DNA from: Candidatus Bathyarchaeota archaeon | Lineage (GTDB): Archaea > Thermoproteota > Bathyarchaeia > 40CM-2-53-6 | Assembly (NCBI GenBank): GCA_005888735.1 | Contig: VBBN01000035.1 | Location: 75,671-139,670, forward strand | Direction of reading: 5' to 3' | DNA: 64,000 nucleotides | Part shown: one piece after another, positions 31,427 to 42,621 of the stretch | Layout of the letters: the number at the start of each line of letters is the position of its first letter | Numbering within the stretch: position 1 is the stretch's first letter | The notes under the pieces: generated by a model | Told to the model about the DNA's origin: nothing | Databases searched by the model: none | Seen by the model: the letters and a program-made list of their open reading frames with translations, nothing else | Position numbers and translations under genes: made by a program

Positions 31427-33277
31427 TCACCATAGCGGAGTGTTGTTCTTCAGCACTCCACCTGTATAGGATAGTTTGAGGATTCCGAGCTTGAGTGAGG
31501 TATCCATAGCATTTGCCTGCGCGGTAACCCCGGGGTAGGGTCGTCCTCCCCAGCGATATGCTACCTTCCAGTAGGAATAATCTCCTTGTATGATGTTTGC
31601 GCGTTCCATCACTCTCCAAGACCCTTGATGCTGGAATGATGGAAACAAAAGAAGCACACTCCACCCTTGAACAGGAATCTTGCTGGCCACACCAAACTGG
31701 TAAAAGTACGCCGCTCCCTGCGGAAGGTTCGTGTCCGCCGTGCCTACGACACCGATGTCGAAATATGGTCCTTCTCTAAAGTCTGGGACGAAGCTTCCGA
31801 ATCTCTGCCATGGAACACTTGTAGTGTTGTAGTACCAATTCACCTGACTGTTCAAGGGACTGATTGTGGACAGTTCCCACATCATCCTCAAGAAAATTGG
31901 ACTCGACAAGTTCGTCGGATGCAGAACAATCTGGGCATGGTATCTGAGGTACTGCCAGAAAATCCCACCGCAGTTTGCGTTGCTATCACACGTGCCCCAA
32001 GCTGAGCCTGAAACCACCACGCTACTGTCCGGCATGAGAAACGCGTCGGCTCGCCAACCAAAATCCCACCCGTCAATACAGCAGTTCGGGGATTGGACAC
32101 CCATGCCCGCCATGAGAAAGTTTTCTGGGGCAAGCAGGGCGAGGTTGGCCTTAGCGACGCTTACGCCGATCTCGAGGCAGCAGATTCGATATTGCGTGGA
32201 GTTGTAAAAGCCAGCCACGTACGGATAGCTTGGCAATCCTAGAGTCAGGTCTCCTGGACCTGGTGAGATGGAGGAGGCGTAGAGGACGCTTGGAGCCCAG
32301 AAACTGTAGGCAATTGGAGCCCAAAGACACACAACGATGACTACCGCGATGGCGAAGCGTCTAACGTCCTCAAGGCCGATTCTCCGGTTCCACGAAGGCT
32401 TCCAGGCTAATTTTCGAGGAGAACCCAGTTCTAGAAGCCCGCCGAGAAGAGCGAACAGGGCCCACAACGGCGCAAGGGGAAGCAGCAGGTTTCTGTCACA
32501 GGAGGGGCAAAGGAGCGTCCAGAATGTCCCAGTGATGAATGCCAGCGAGGCTATTCCTGAAACTCCCGCAACCCTGACTGACCCGCTGATGCGCGCTGCT
32601 AGCATCCCGGTCACCATCTGCGGAACACCGACCAGCACCAGGGCTTGGAACACTGGAAAGGGTGGAAGATAGGTGACTCCTGAGAACCACGCGGATAACG
32701 GAAACCAGGTCATCACGGCCGTCACAACCATCCCAGCAAACAGTGCGATGAAAGGAGCCAGCGCCGAGTTTAGGGACCCACGTCTCTCCGCCGCTTTCAC
32801 AATAGGGGGCAGGGTTCCGAAACTGAACATCATCAAGCTCAACCGAAACCCCGCCAGCCCATCAGGGCCTGTCTGGTAACATTCTGAGTGTAGAAGCCCA
32901 TGTGACCTGGACGTGGGACACACCACGTAGAACAGGACCCAAATGAGAACTAGGCTCAAGGAGACCTGCAACACGGCCCAACGTGGCCGTAGCAGGTAGG
33001 CGAGGAGCACTCCCCCCAACGCGAAGGAGACAACGTCTGCCTCCAGTCGTATCCCGGACAGCTTGCCGTACCAGGTTCCGTTCAGGGTCACTCCGAACCA
33101 GAAATCGACTCTTTCAAACAGGTAAGCTGGGAGCCATGGGAATATGGCTATGAGAATAGTGCGCAGAACGCCCTTAGCCGTGAGCCGCGGAAAAAGTGAC
33201 ATCAGGCTAAACCCGGGCTTTGGGGTCTTTTGGGCTTGCCTCGCAGCTATTCCCTTGAGAATAATCCCAATGTCCAT
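31427..33277 (-). CDS. large polytopic membrane protein with a Cys/Trp-rich extracellular C-terminal domain
   Basis: 616 aa, about 10 TM helices, then a domain with many N-x-S/T sequons. Confidence 0.45.
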   Translation of the reverse strand: MDIGIILKGIAARQAQKTPKPGFSLMSLFPRLTAKGVLRTILIAIFPWLPAYLFERVDFWFGVTLNGTWYGKLSGIRLEADVVSFALGGVLLAYLLRPRWAVLQVSLSLVLIWVLFYVVCPTSRSHGLLHSECYQTGPDGLAGFRLSLMMFSFGTLPPIVKAAERRGSLNSALAPFIALFAGMVVTAVMTWFPLSAWFSGVTYLPPFPVFQALVLVGVPQMVTGMLAARISGSVRVAGVSGIASLAFITGTFWTLLCPSCDRNLLLPLAPLWALFALLGGLLELGSPRKLAWKPSWNRRIGLEDVRRFAIAVVIVVCLWAPIAYSFWAPSVLYASSISPGPGDLTLGLPSYPYVAGFYNSTQYRICCLEIGVSVAKANLALLAPENFLMAGMGVQSPNCCIDGWDFGWRADAFLMPDSSVVVSGSAWGTCDSNANCGGIFWQYLRYHAQIVLHPTNLSSPIFLRMMWELSTISPLNSQVNWYYNTTSVPWQRFGSFVPDFREGPYFDIGVVGTADTNLPQGAAYFYQFGVASKIPVQGWSVLLLFPSFQHQGSWRVMERANIIQGDYSYWKVAYRWGGRPYPGVTAQANAMDTSLKLGILKLSYTGGVLKNNTPLW

Positions 33278-33868
33278 GATTCCTTAAGCAACCTCACCTC
33301 GGCATGCGAATAGAGATAGCAGTTCCAGATCGTAGTCCTGATCAAATCGCCCAGAATTAGCCGCTTTCGCGGTTTTGAACCCGTGAATTCGAGACACAGC
33401 TAAAACACTATGAACAACGCCCTAAATGCTGGGGTCAGAAAACCCTGGATTCGCCAGATTCACGCTCTATCAAGCGAAACTCGCCCCATATCACCGCCAG
33501 GCAGAAACCGTCTCTGGAAGAATTCGTAATCGTACGGCATCCCCGAGACACAGACTCCCTCTATCCCGAGAACCCAAAACCGGCGAGAACTGCCAAGAAA
33601 ATCTTCTCGAAATTCTTTTTGCGGCGAATCCTTTTTTTTCCTTGAAATCTTCTCGACCCCCAGGCCCTCCTTGCATCTCGCGCGCCAGAGCACGCTTCCT
33701 ATGCACAAGAATGAAGAATAAGGCTCCCCTTCGCCCGCCAGCACGCGGGACACTCGATGAACATTCTTTTGTAGCCCCTAAGGTCCTATTCTCCTGCTCG
33801 CCAGCTGAACAAGACCTAGGCCTAGCCCGAACAAGACAGGTTCAGGAGCCCTGCTCAAGCCCCGGGCG

Positions 33869-34483
33869 CTAGTCGTGGGTCCACTCCTCTTCCACCCCGC
33901 CGTCCTCCTTGTTCACCAGCCGCGCCAGGTCAAATAATAGGCTGGACAACCGGTTCAGGTACGGAATGGCCTCAGGGTTGATCGACTCAACCCGTGCAAG
34001 AGCCACAACACGTCGTTCTGCACGGCGGCAGACGCTGCGCGCGACGTGCAATTCTGCAGCAGCAATAGTTCCCGTGGGTAGGATGAACCGTTTCAAGGGT
34101 CTCAACCCCGCATGAACCTCCTCCAGGACCTTTTCCAGCCCGGCAACGTGCCCCCTATCTACACGTGGAACATTTGCGCTGACAAGCTCTGAGGCCAAGT
34201 CACCCCCCAGCGTGAACAGGTCCCGCTGTACCCCCCGGAGCCAATCCTCCACTCTTCCCTTTCTCAGCAGAGCCCGTACAAGACCGACCTGCGAGTTCAA
34301 CTCGTCAACTGCCCCATACGCCTCCACCCGCGGATTCTCCTTCCCCACACGGGTCCCACCGTAGAGACTTGTCTCACCCTTATCCCCGGTTCCACTATAT
34401 CCCTTCAAGACCACGCTAGCCTGCAAACATATCCAGCAAACTCTGGCGTTTATAATAGCCGAGAAGCCTGTCAAAGCAGCCAT
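33869..34483 (-). CDS. pduO: ATP:cob(I)alamin adenosyltransferase, PduO/MMAB type
   Basis: GTGDKGETSLYGGTRVGKENPRVEAYGAVDELNSQVG. The true start may be internal. Confidence 0.7.
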   Translation of the reverse strand: MAALTGFSAIINARVCWICLQASVVLKGYSGTGDKGETSLYGGTRVGKENPRVEAYGAVDELNSQVGLVRALLRKGRVEDWLRGVQRDLFTLGGDLASELVSANVPRVDRGHVAGLEKVLEEVHAGLRPLKRFILPTGTIAAAELHVARSVCRRAERRVVALARVESINPEAIPYLNRLSSLLFDLARLVNKEDGGVEEEWTHD

Positions 34484-34705
34484 TCCCCCTAACCCTCAAC
34501 TTTCTTCCAAAACCTCGCCAAGCACCTCTGCCACTCTAACGCAGCAGATACACGGAACCCTCCCAGTGCTCTCTGCGCAGCTCCTCGGTCTCCTGTCATT
34601 CGCCCTAACCTGGTAAGGAAAAGGATTTCAGCCTCCCAGCACGAGTCTATAACTGTCCAGGGCAGGACCGTTGTCCGACCTGGGATGGACGGAGCATGCT
34701 AAGCC

Positions 34706-37177
34706 ATGATTAAGGAGGCGGAACTTTACCAGCCACTAGCAGACTCCAGGGTCCGCTGCACCGCCTGTGCCCGGTACTGCAACATCCCAGACGGAAAAAT
34801 CGGCTTCTGCGGAGTACGCCAAAACACAGCCGGCAAACTCCAGCTTCTCGTCTATGGAAAAGTCATTACAGGCCACATCGACCCCATCGAAAAGAAACCC
34901 GTCACCCACTACATGCCCGGCTCGAAAATATTCTCCATCGCAACGACAGGCTGCAGCTGGGCCTGTCAATACTGCTTCACCCCAGAGACGTTCGTTTTCA
35001 CCGACAGGGGGGTGAAGACCTTCGCAGAACTATTCGAGGATGGTTGTAACGAGTCTTCGCACGGGTTAAGTGCAGAACGGGATCTGCCTGGTTTCGCTGC
35101 CTTAACTCACAAGGGTCACTTTCGCCAGATAAAACAGATCTTCCGTCATTTCTACGATGGAACCATCGTAACAATCAAGCCCGTCTATCTTCCGCCAATT
35201 CGTTGCACGCCTGACCATAAGGTGTTGACCACTTCCGACCCTGAAAGAGCTCCAACGATGGCCGAGGCGAGGTACTTAACAAGGAAGAGTTACGTAGCAG
35301 TTCCGAAAATTAGGAACCAAACTTCAACCCTGTCAGTGGACCTTGCGGCTTTTCTCAAGGATGAACCCCTCCGAGACTACAAGGTTCCCCGCTCGGCCAT
35401 GCAATGGAGAATGAAACGGCCAACGCTAGAGACAATCGCTCGTATGACGTCTGACGGGCACACAAGCCGGACAATCGGGCAGGTCTCGGGTATCCATCCC
35501 GCAAATATTCGGCAAGCCAGGTCCAAGCTCTCACACTCAAGCATCAATGACATGACTAAATCTTATCGTACCACAAAAATCATCTCATCCAGCGACACCG
35601 TTAGGGTTACAAACGGCAAGAATGCTGTCCAAAGGTTCGTCAAGATCAACAGTGATCTCGCGAAGCTACTGGGGTACTTCTGCGCAGATGGCTCAGTTTC
35701 ACAGGTCCATAATCGGCCATGTTCATTTAGGGTCACCTTCACCTTTGGCAAGGACGAGCAATCGAACATCGATGATATCAAGGACCTCGTCAGGCGAGTG
35801 TTCGGGCTAGACTGTGGCCTAATTAGAGCTGGACCAGTTACTCACGTCTACATCTACAACTCGATACTGGGTCTCTTCTTCAGGAGAGCCTGTGGCGTGG
35901 ATTGTTACAGAAAACGGATCCCCGACTTTGTACTGTTGGATGGCCGAAAGGAGATCACAAAAGCCTTTCTCAGTGGCTACTTGAGCGGTAATGGCTATAC
36001 TACCCGTGCTGGGACGGCAGATCGTTCCTACATTGGAGCAAATTCCGTTTCAGAACGGCTCGTCTTGGGTGTCGCCCTACTCTTCCTCAGACTTGGAAAC
36101 GTTCCAAGGTTCTACATTAGTGAGAATAGCCCGACGACGATAATCGAAGGCAGAACTGTCTCTCGACACAACGACTACATACTGAAGGTGCTCAAGAGAA
36201 ATGATTCCAGCGGGTCTCAAGCCATAGAGTGGGAGGACGATAGGGGTCTCGTAATTGAGAGAGGCGGCTACTATCTCGTCCCAGTTAGGTCAACTGGTAG
36301 TGAGCACTATTCTGGTTTCGTCTACAACATGGAGGTCGAGGGAGACCACACCTACGTTGCCAACCTGGAGGCGGTGAGCAACTGTCAGAACTATGATATC
36401 AGCCAAAGGCGTAAGCCCGAGGGCACTGAAATGGAACCTCTTGCGGTCGCCGCATTGGCCACAAGCTACGGGTGCCAAGGACTAGCTTACACTTACAATC
36501 AGCCAACTATTTTCATCGAATACGCCCGTGATGTGGGCCGAGAAGCGCACAAGAACGGGCTGATCAACATCTTCGTGTCCAATGGATACGACACCCCTGA
36601 CGCTGTAGGGATGATGAACGAGTTCCTGGACTGCATTACGGTGGATTTCAAAGGAAACAATGAAACCGAGTTTCTCAGAAAATGGGTCCTAGTCCCCGAC
36701 GGAGAACCGATCCTTCAGACTCTTCTCGACATCAGAGACAAGACAAAGATTCACACTGAGATAACTGACCTAGTCATACCCGAGGTTGGCGACGACCTCA
36801 AGTCAGCCCGCAAGCTAAGCAAATGGCTCTATGATAATCTCGGACCTGATGTGCCGATCCACTTTCTCCGTTTTCATCCCGACTACAAAATGATGAACCT
36901 TCCTCCAACACCGGTCAAGACGCTAGAAAACCATTGCGAAATCGCGCGGGCAGAAGGACTGCGCTATGTATATGTCGGCAATGTTCCTGGCCATCCTTGG
37001 GAGCACACGTACTGTCCCGAGTGCAAGACCATTGCCATTCGCAGGCACGGATTCGACATTACCGGTTGGAACCTCGGCCGGGACAATCGCTGCCTGAAAT
37101 GCGGGTACAAGCTGCCGATCGTGGGTTCTCTAAGCACGTCGGTGCATGAAGATCGGTTTCTTCCCGTAGTGAACTGA
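34706..37177 (+). CDS. PflA-like / AmmeMemoRadiSam-type radical SAM enzyme interrupted by an intein. Extein is about 356 aa.
   Basis: N-terminal Cys cluster is CTACARYCNIPDGKIGFCGVRQN. Radical SAM motif GCSWACQY|C...N|CQNYDISQ is reconstituted as CxxxCxxCQN after intein removal. Confidence 0.75.
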   Translation: MIKEAELYQPLADSRVRCTACARYCNIPDGKIGFCGVRQNTAGKLQLLVYGKVITGHIDPIEKKPVTHYMPGSKIFSIATTGCSWACQYCFTPETFVFTDRGVKTFAELFEDGCNESSHGLSAERDLPGFAALTHKGHFRQIKQIFRHFYDGTIVTIKPVYLPPIRCTPDHKVLTTSDPERAPTMAEARYLTRKSYVAVPKIRNQTSTLSVDLAAFLKDEPLRDYKVPRSAMQWRMKRPTLETIARMTSDGHTSRTIGQVSGIHPANIRQARSKLSHSSINDMTKSYRTTKIISSSDTVRVTNGKNAVQRFVKINSDLAKLLGYFCADGSVSQVHNRPCSFRVTFTFGKDEQSNIDDIKDLVRRVFGLDCGLIRAGPVTHVYIYNSILGLFFRRACGVDCYRKRIPDFVLLDGRKEITKAFLSGYLSGNGYTTRAGTADRSYIGANSVSERLVLGVALLFLRLGNVPRFYISENSPTTIIEGRTVSRHNDYILKVLKRNDSSGSQAIEWEDDRGLVIERGGYYLVPVRSTGSEHYSGFVYNMEVEGDHTYVANLEAVSNCQNYDISQRRKPEGTEMEPLAVAALATSYGCQGLAYTYNQPTIFIEYARDVGREAHKNGLINIFVSNGYDTPDAVGMMNEFLDCITVDFKGNNETEFLRKWVLVPDGEPILQTLLDIRDKTKIHTEITDLVIPEVGDDLKSARKLSKWLYDNLGPDVPIHFLRFHPDYKMMNLPPTPVKTLENHCEIARAEGLRYVYVGNVPGHPWEHTYCPECKTIAIRRHGFDITGWNLGRDNRCLKCGYKLPIVGSLSTSVHEDRFLPVVN
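34982..36382 (+). mobile_element. intein, 467 aa, with LAGLIDADG homing endonuclease, inserted immediately before the third Cys of the radical SAM CxxxCxxC motif
   Basis: Block A is CFTPETFVFTDRGVKTFAEL. DOD motifs are LLGYFCADGS and FLSGYLSGNGY. Block F/G is VYNMEVEGDHTYVAN...LEAVSN|C, with Ser rather than His as the penultimate residue. Confidence 0.7.
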
Positions 37178-37188
37178 GGCGGATTAGG

Positions 37189-37644
37189 CTAGGATTTTAG
37201 CGCTTCCAGAATTTCTGCAGGGTGAGAAGCGGCCTTTACGGGGTCGAATATCTTGATTACTTTTCCATTTTGATCGATCAGGAACGTCACACGGCGGGCA
37301 ACTGGAGACTTTTCGCTGAGAACCCCGTATGTCTTGGCAATCTTCTTGTCAACGTCTGCGACGAGTGGAAATGGGAGGCTGAACTTTTCAGTGAACCTTT
37401 TGTGTGAATCAACGTCGTCGACGCTGACCCCTAGAATCTCAGCTCCCATAGCCTTGACCTTGTCATAGACATCTCTGAATCCGCAGCTCTCGATGGTGCA
37501 GCCTGGCGTGTCATCTTGAGGATAGAAGAACAAGACGATTTTCTGGCCGCGATAATCATGCAAGTGAATCGTACTGCCCGAGGTGACGGGAGCTTCAAAA
37601 TCGGGAGCCGACGTGCCTACTTCTGGACGTGTAACTGTCTCCAT
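37189..37644 (-). CDS. bcp: peroxiredoxin, Bcp/AhpC-TSA family
   Basis: FFYPQDDTPGCTIESCGFRD active site. Confidence 0.8.
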   Translation of the reverse strand: METVTRPEVGTSAPDFEAPVTSGSTIHLHDYRGQKIVLFFYPQDDTPGCTIESCGFRDVYDKVKAMGAEILGVSVDDVDSHKRFTEKFSLPFPLVADVDKKIAKTYGVLSEKSPVARRVTFLIDQNGKVIKIFDPVKAASHPAEILEALKS

Positions 37645-38039
37645 GGTGCGATCCTTGGAACACAATCCACGATTTATGCTCATCGCGTAGAGCGTTCCAG
37701 GGCCCGGCTTTCTCCCATCTCTATCAGTCATCTGGATAGACGACGACTAGTAGCGTATGTGCCGAAAAGCCGAGTCCGCGCGAATAGTCAATGAGAACAG
37801 AGTATGGATCCTGAGAATATGGAGAAGAATCTGCTAACGTCCGGTTAGCAAGGCTAATCATCCACAAATTCCTAGTATTTACCCAGATTCACGGGCCTTG
37901 AGAGGGCAGGAAACCCTGCCAGGTGTCTCCTGAGTCGTTTATCTGGAAAAGCAGACACTAGGTTAAAATACGCAATCCCGAGAAAATATCTTATTCTTAG
38001 GGATAACGGAGCGAACCCAGCACATCCCCTTGCAGAAAA

Positions 38040-39644
38040 ATGGAATTTGAAGGGACTCAAATGACTAGAATAGTCCTGGCCGCAGACGCGACGCAGATGA
38101 GTGAGTACTGGGGAATTCCCCTTCTCCCATTTTTCAGCTGTGCACCTGCAGAGAAAGTTCCCAGGTTCATCTTTGACTTCCTCTCGCCCCAGGTAAAACA
38201 CCACAACGGCGTTGCACAAATGGCTCCATACGGACTGAGAAAACTCGAAGCCTCCATCCTTAGAAGCTATAGGCCTGAAGAGGTCGTCGTAACCCATCCT
38301 GACCATGTGGACAACTTCATCGACGAGAAAACAAGCATAGTCGGAATCTCTGCCATGGACCCGCTCGGCCTCGGTCCGGTTAGCATGATGTTCACTGACG
38401 GTGGGCGATGGACCGCCTACACAAAACAAAAATTCCTCGAGTTGGTCCAGAGAATCAACACTGCCCGGAAGAAGTACCCGAAAGCCCAGCTAGTCATCGG
38501 AGGGTCAGGGGCTTGGCAGATGGAAGTACGCGACCGAGATACCAAGGCCCTAGGCGTGGACCATGTTGTCATGGGGGAATGCGACCACGTCATCGGTGAC
38601 ATTTACCGCGACATCGAGTTTAACGGCAGCCCCGAGTTCATACACGTTCCTCGCGGTCCAAGACTAGAAGACATCCCGGACATCACTGCTCCGTCGGTCC
38701 ACGGGCTCGTCGAAGTCATGCGTGGCTGCGGGCGAAACTGTCAGTTCTGCGAGCCCAACCTCCGCGTCGCCAAGTATTACCCGGAGGATAAGATCAAACG
38801 AGAGATTAATGTCAACAGGAAAATCGGCAACCCCAACGTCTGGGTCCACAGCGAGGACATCTTCCTGTACAAGCTTGAGGACAAGAGGGGATTCATGCCT
38901 AACCATGATGCGGTCTTGGGGCTCTTCAAGATGATAATGTCGCTTCCAGGAATAACCTATGCTAACCCGACTCATGGAACTACTTCGCCCGCCGTTGCAG
39001 ATCCCGACCTCATTCGTGAGATTTCCGAAACAGTCAGGGTTAACGGGTCCCCGCACATAGGAATACAGTCCGGTCTCGAGACCGGTTCTACGGAGCTCAT
39101 CCGAAAATACATGCCCCTCAAGGTGAAACCATTCAGCCCTGACGAGTGGCAGGACGTCATCTACAACGGCACGCGGGTATTCAACGAGTACTTCTGGTTC
39201 CCAGCCTACACCATAATCCTAGGGCTCCCGGGAGAAACCGCCGAGGATGCTGTTGAAACCGTCCGACTCATCGACCTTATGGAGAAAGGGCTTCCGAGAC
39301 AGATTGGCGGCAAGGCTCACTTCACTGTTACTCCATTGAGCTTCGTCCCGTTGGGAGTTCTCAAGAACAAGGGCTTTTACAACATCGACGACCAGATCGA
39401 TGAGGCCCGTTTCTGGGTCATCTACCGAAGCTGGAGGCACACGGTACTCGAACTGCACAATATGCCCCCGACTCTGATGAAACTCAACCCCGTGTTGAAG
39501 CGGGTATTCACCATGCTCTGCTGGTTCGGTTCCAAGAAAATACTTGAAGGAATAGAATCCTGGGGTCGAAGGCGAGGGTTCGACGCTCAGAAGAGCCTTC
39601 GCTTGAGCGAGGGAGAGAGGCTCAGAGCAGAGGTTCTAGCCTAA
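38040..39644 (+). CDS. B12-binding domain radical SAM protein (class B)
   Basis: N-terminal B12-binding-like domain, then GCGRNCQFCEP (CxxxCxxC). Confidence 0.7.
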   Translation: MEFEGTQMTRIVLAADATQMSEYWGIPLLPFFSCAPAEKVPRFIFDFLSPQVKHHNGVAQMAPYGLRKLEASILRSYRPEEVVVTHPDHVDNFIDEKTSIVGISAMDPLGLGPVSMMFTDGGRWTAYTKQKFLELVQRINTARKKYPKAQLVIGGSGAWQMEVRDRDTKALGVDHVVMGECDHVIGDIYRDIEFNGSPEFIHVPRGPRLEDIPDITAPSVHGLVEVMRGCGRNCQFCEPNLRVAKYYPEDKIKREINVNRKIGNPNVWVHSEDIFLYKLEDKRGFMPNHDAVLGLFKMIMSLPGITYANPTHGTTSPAVADPDLIREISETVRVNGSPHIGIQSGLETGSTELIRKYMPLKVKPFSPDEWQDVIYNGTRVFNEYFWFPAYTIILGLPGETAEDAVETVRLIDLMEKGLPRQIGGKAHFTVTPLSFVPLGVLKNKGFYNIDDQIDEARFWVIYRSWRHTVLELHNMPPTLMKLNPVLKRVFTMLCWFGSKKILEGIESWGRRRGFDAQKSLRLSEGERLRAEVLA

Positions 39645-39739
39645 GCGTTTCTTCCTAACGACCCGTCCTCTTCGCAGGGTTCCCAAGATTCTCTCGACGA
39701 TGTTCTTTGGGCGAGGACATGATTCACACCGGCCTTCGT

Positions 39740-40075
39740 TCACATTATTCTCCCCCTGACTATTTCCCTCAGAAGAGGAAGAAGGCCGGACCTTCCGCCG
39801 AACCCTAAATCGCCCAGAAGAACCCAGAACATCTCATCGGGCCTATCAGTAGGCACGAAGAAGCTCGACTTTATTCTTGCTCCCTGCTCTGTGTGTAGTC
39901 CAACGGGCCGGAGCCATCTTCTCGATGCTGATTCTGCGAACTGTGCAAAGCGAGTACAGATTCCGCAGTCGTTGTCGAAGAGGAGGAAAGGCCCCTTGTG
40001 CAGAGATTTGGACTCTTTGATTTGCTCATCCTCTCGTTGAAAACGGCGTTCCCTACAAATGAGGTTAGGGCGCAT
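39740..40075 (-). CDS. DUF393/DCC-family thiol-disulfide oxidoreductase-like protein
   Basis: LLFDNDCGICTRFAQF motif. Confidence 0.5.
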   Translation of the reverse strand: MRPNLICRERRFQREDEQIKESKSLHKGPFLLFDNDCGICTRFAQFAESASRRWLRPVGLHTEQGARIKSSFFVPTDRPDEMFWVLLGDLGFGGRSGLLPLLREIVRGRIM

Positions 40076-40123
40076 TAATAAGAGACGGCTCGTCTCGCCG
40101 ATTCGGTAAGGCGTAGCCGGAGT

Positions 40124-40957
40124 TTGGTCGACCTAATGCTTTTGGAATTGGGGGGGCTGGCGGGTTTTACCATCTTCCTAGGTCTTCCCGTGGCTCGGCT
40201 TAAGGGTCTCAGTACCGGCGTGAAAGGGTTTCTCAACGCGATTTCGATCGGGATTCTGTTGTTCTTGCTCGTGGAGGTGCTTCCTGTTGCCCGGGAAACC
40301 GTTGAAGGGGTTGTTCTCAGCTCGATAAGGGGAGCGAGCCCTCTTGGGGACGGATTCCTCTTCGTCGCAACGTTGTTGAGCGGTTTTGCTTTGGGGCTGA
40401 TGAGCCTTGTTTGGTACGAGAACAGGTTCGTCCGGGTTCCTGGCACTCCGCAGGAGCTTGCGGGGCTTGCTATTGCTCAGAATGGTAAGGGAGCCATTAA
40501 CGAGAAGGCTTCCCGCAGATTGGCGATGATGATTGCTGTTGGGCTCGGGGTGCACAATTTCAGCGAGGGGCTTGCTATTGGCTCTCAGTACGTCTCTGGT
40601 GCGCTCACGCTGGCTATTCTCCTCGTTGTGGGTTTTGGAGCACATAACGCTACGGAAGGGTTTGGCATAGCTGCCCCGTTGACTGGTACTAGGCCGAAGT
40701 GGAGCTTTCTATTACTCGCAGGCCTTGTAGGCGGAGGGCCGACTCTTATGGGCACGATTGTCGGCAGCGCTTTTGTTTCCCCAATTCTCTCGGTCCTATT
40801 CCTCTCGGTCGCGGGCGGAGCGCTTTTCTTTGTGATCATGACACTCTACGGAGCGGGCCGGAGACAGTCCACCAACCACATTCTCATGGTGGGTATTCTG
40901 CTCGGCTTCCTCGTCGGATACTTGACCGACTTGGTTCTGGTTGTCAGCGGTGTATGA
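40124..40957 (+). CDS. zupT: ZIP-family metal transporter (ZupT-like)
   Basis: HNFSEGLAIG and HNATEGFG motifs. 8 TM helices. Confidence 0.75.
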   Translation: MVDLMLLELGGLAGFTIFLGLPVARLKGLSTGVKGFLNAISIGILLFLLVEVLPVARETVEGVVLSSIRGASPLGDGFLFVATLLSGFALGLMSLVWYENRFVRVPGTPQELAGLAIAQNGKGAINEKASRRLAMMIAVGLGVHNFSEGLAIGSQYVSGALTLAILLVVGFGAHNATEGFGIAAPLTGTRPKWSFLLLAGLVGGGPTLMGTIVGSAFVSPILSVLFLSVAGGALFFVIMTLYGAGRRQSTNHILMVGILLGFLVGYLTDLVLVVSGV

Positions 40958-41526
40958 ATCCAGGGGTCTTTGACTGATGTGCTTTGTTGGCCTAGATTGC
41001 AATCAGATTCTCCTCTCTCGCGTCTCAAACGGCCGCGTCCGCACCCGGGCATTTTTTCAGGAACCCATTTTCTGTCTGGCATGGAGAATGAGCGATTTCC
41101 GGCTTACAGGGCGCATAATGGGCGAGTCTAGAGTTTTGAGATAGTGGCATCCGTTAGCACTTTCCTTCAGGCTGTCGAGGCGGGCGTTAGTTGTTGTTAA
41201 CGGATTGCGATTCAGGGCTTGTTCTGGGGGATTTTTGGTTGACCCATGGCGATTAGAGATTCGATTTTCCGGAAGCTCATGCCCACAGCAGTATAGGAGT
41301 TACTTGGAACTCGGGTTGCTCAGAATCTTCCTTATCTGCTCGCTCACCCGTCGGCGCTCCTCGTCTGTCTTGGCCATCATCCACTGCAGCTTCAACTTAT
41401 GAACGGTAGGGGCCAAGTTGCGGTCTTGCTCACTTGTCGAGCCAAGCGCCGCCATAGTTGTCAACGCGGTGGTTTGGCCTGCTCTTTCCTGATATAACTG
41501 ATTCCAAACTCTCGAAGAGCTCGCAT

Positions 41527-42492
41527 CTAGAGGCCGATCACTGTTCCGATGACGAAGCCGAGGATGGAAAGGATACCGAAGCTCAGGTGGAGCATTATCG
41601 TGTTGGCATTCGCCGGGATTATCGCGTGGGGGTCCCTGTAGTTGGCCTTCAACACTTTCAACGCTTTCATTCCAATAGGAAGGGTTACTAGGACGATGAG
41701 TGTCACATAGCTGGTGACTGTCTGCTTCAAGAGGGGTTGGAGAAGGACATATGTAATGACGAGCAGGTACGACGCTCCAAGTAATGCTTTGAAGACCGTC
41801 ACAGATCGGAGATATCCTAGCCTCAAGACCAGCGTGAGCTTTCCGACCGCTTTGTCCGCATCCATATCTGGAAACTCGTTTACCCAGAGAACAGCCGCAA
41901 TGAGCAGGCCAATCGGAACGGAAGCCAGCAATGGCTCAAGTGCAAACTTGCCGGTTTGCACATAGTACGCTCCCAAGGTCATTACCGGCCCAAAATTCAA
42001 CCCTACGACGAATTCTCCGACCCCTCTGTAAGCCAACCTGAAAGGAGGGCCGACGTAGAAATACGAGGATACAACTCCTACTAGCCCAAGCCAGAACAAG
42101 TAGGTCAGCCCTTGGGCTAGAACAAAGTAGAGCCCAATTACGATCCCAAGAGCAAGGCAACCGGCAGACACCAGCAGGTGGGTGGAAGGCCTGACGAGCC
42201 CAGCTGTCAAGATCCTGCCCCCGCCAGCGAACGGATTCTGGTGCTTGACCCGAAGATCGTTTCCACTCTTGAAGTCGAAATAATCGTTGAGCATGTTAGT
42301 TGCGATATGAATCAGGCTCGCTCCGAGCAGAGTGAGAGCGAAGAACCCCCAGGAGAAGTGGCCGGCCTGCCAAGCGATGACTGAGCCGAGAACCACGGGG
42401 ATGAAAGTCGCCTGGAGGAATGGAACGCGCATCGTCTTCAGCCAGAGGGGGAGAAAGGGTGGTTTCTTGATCTTCGAACCATTATCTGTCAA
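41527..42492 (-). CDS. UbiA-family prenyltransferase (MenA-like)
   Basis: NDYFDFKSGND motif. 8-9 TM helices. Confidence 0.75.
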   Translation of the reverse strand: MTDNGSKIKKPPFLPLWLKTMRVPFLQATFIPVVLGSVIAWQAGHFSWGFFALTLLGASLIHIATNMLNDYFDFKSGNDLRVKHQNPFAGGGRILTAGLVRPSTHLLVSAGCLALGIVIGLYFVLAQGLTYLFWLGLVGVVSSYFYVGPPFRLAYRGVGEFVVGLNFGPVMTLGAYYVQTGKFALEPLLASVPIGLLIAAVLWVNEFPDMDADKAVGKLTLVLRLGYLRSVTVFKALLGASYLLVITYVLLQPLLKQTVTSYVTLIVLVTLPIGMKALKVLKANYRDPHAIIPANANTIMLHLSFGILSILGFVIGTVIGL

Positions 42493-42621
42493 ATCCCCGA
42501 CACCTCTTCTGAAATGGGCGCCGATTTGTCTGAGCCGATATAAGGGTTAACCCAGGCGTGCGACCTTGGAGGGCAAAAAGCTAAAGCATGTCGAGCTGAA
42601 AGTGGTGAAGCTACAGCAAAG

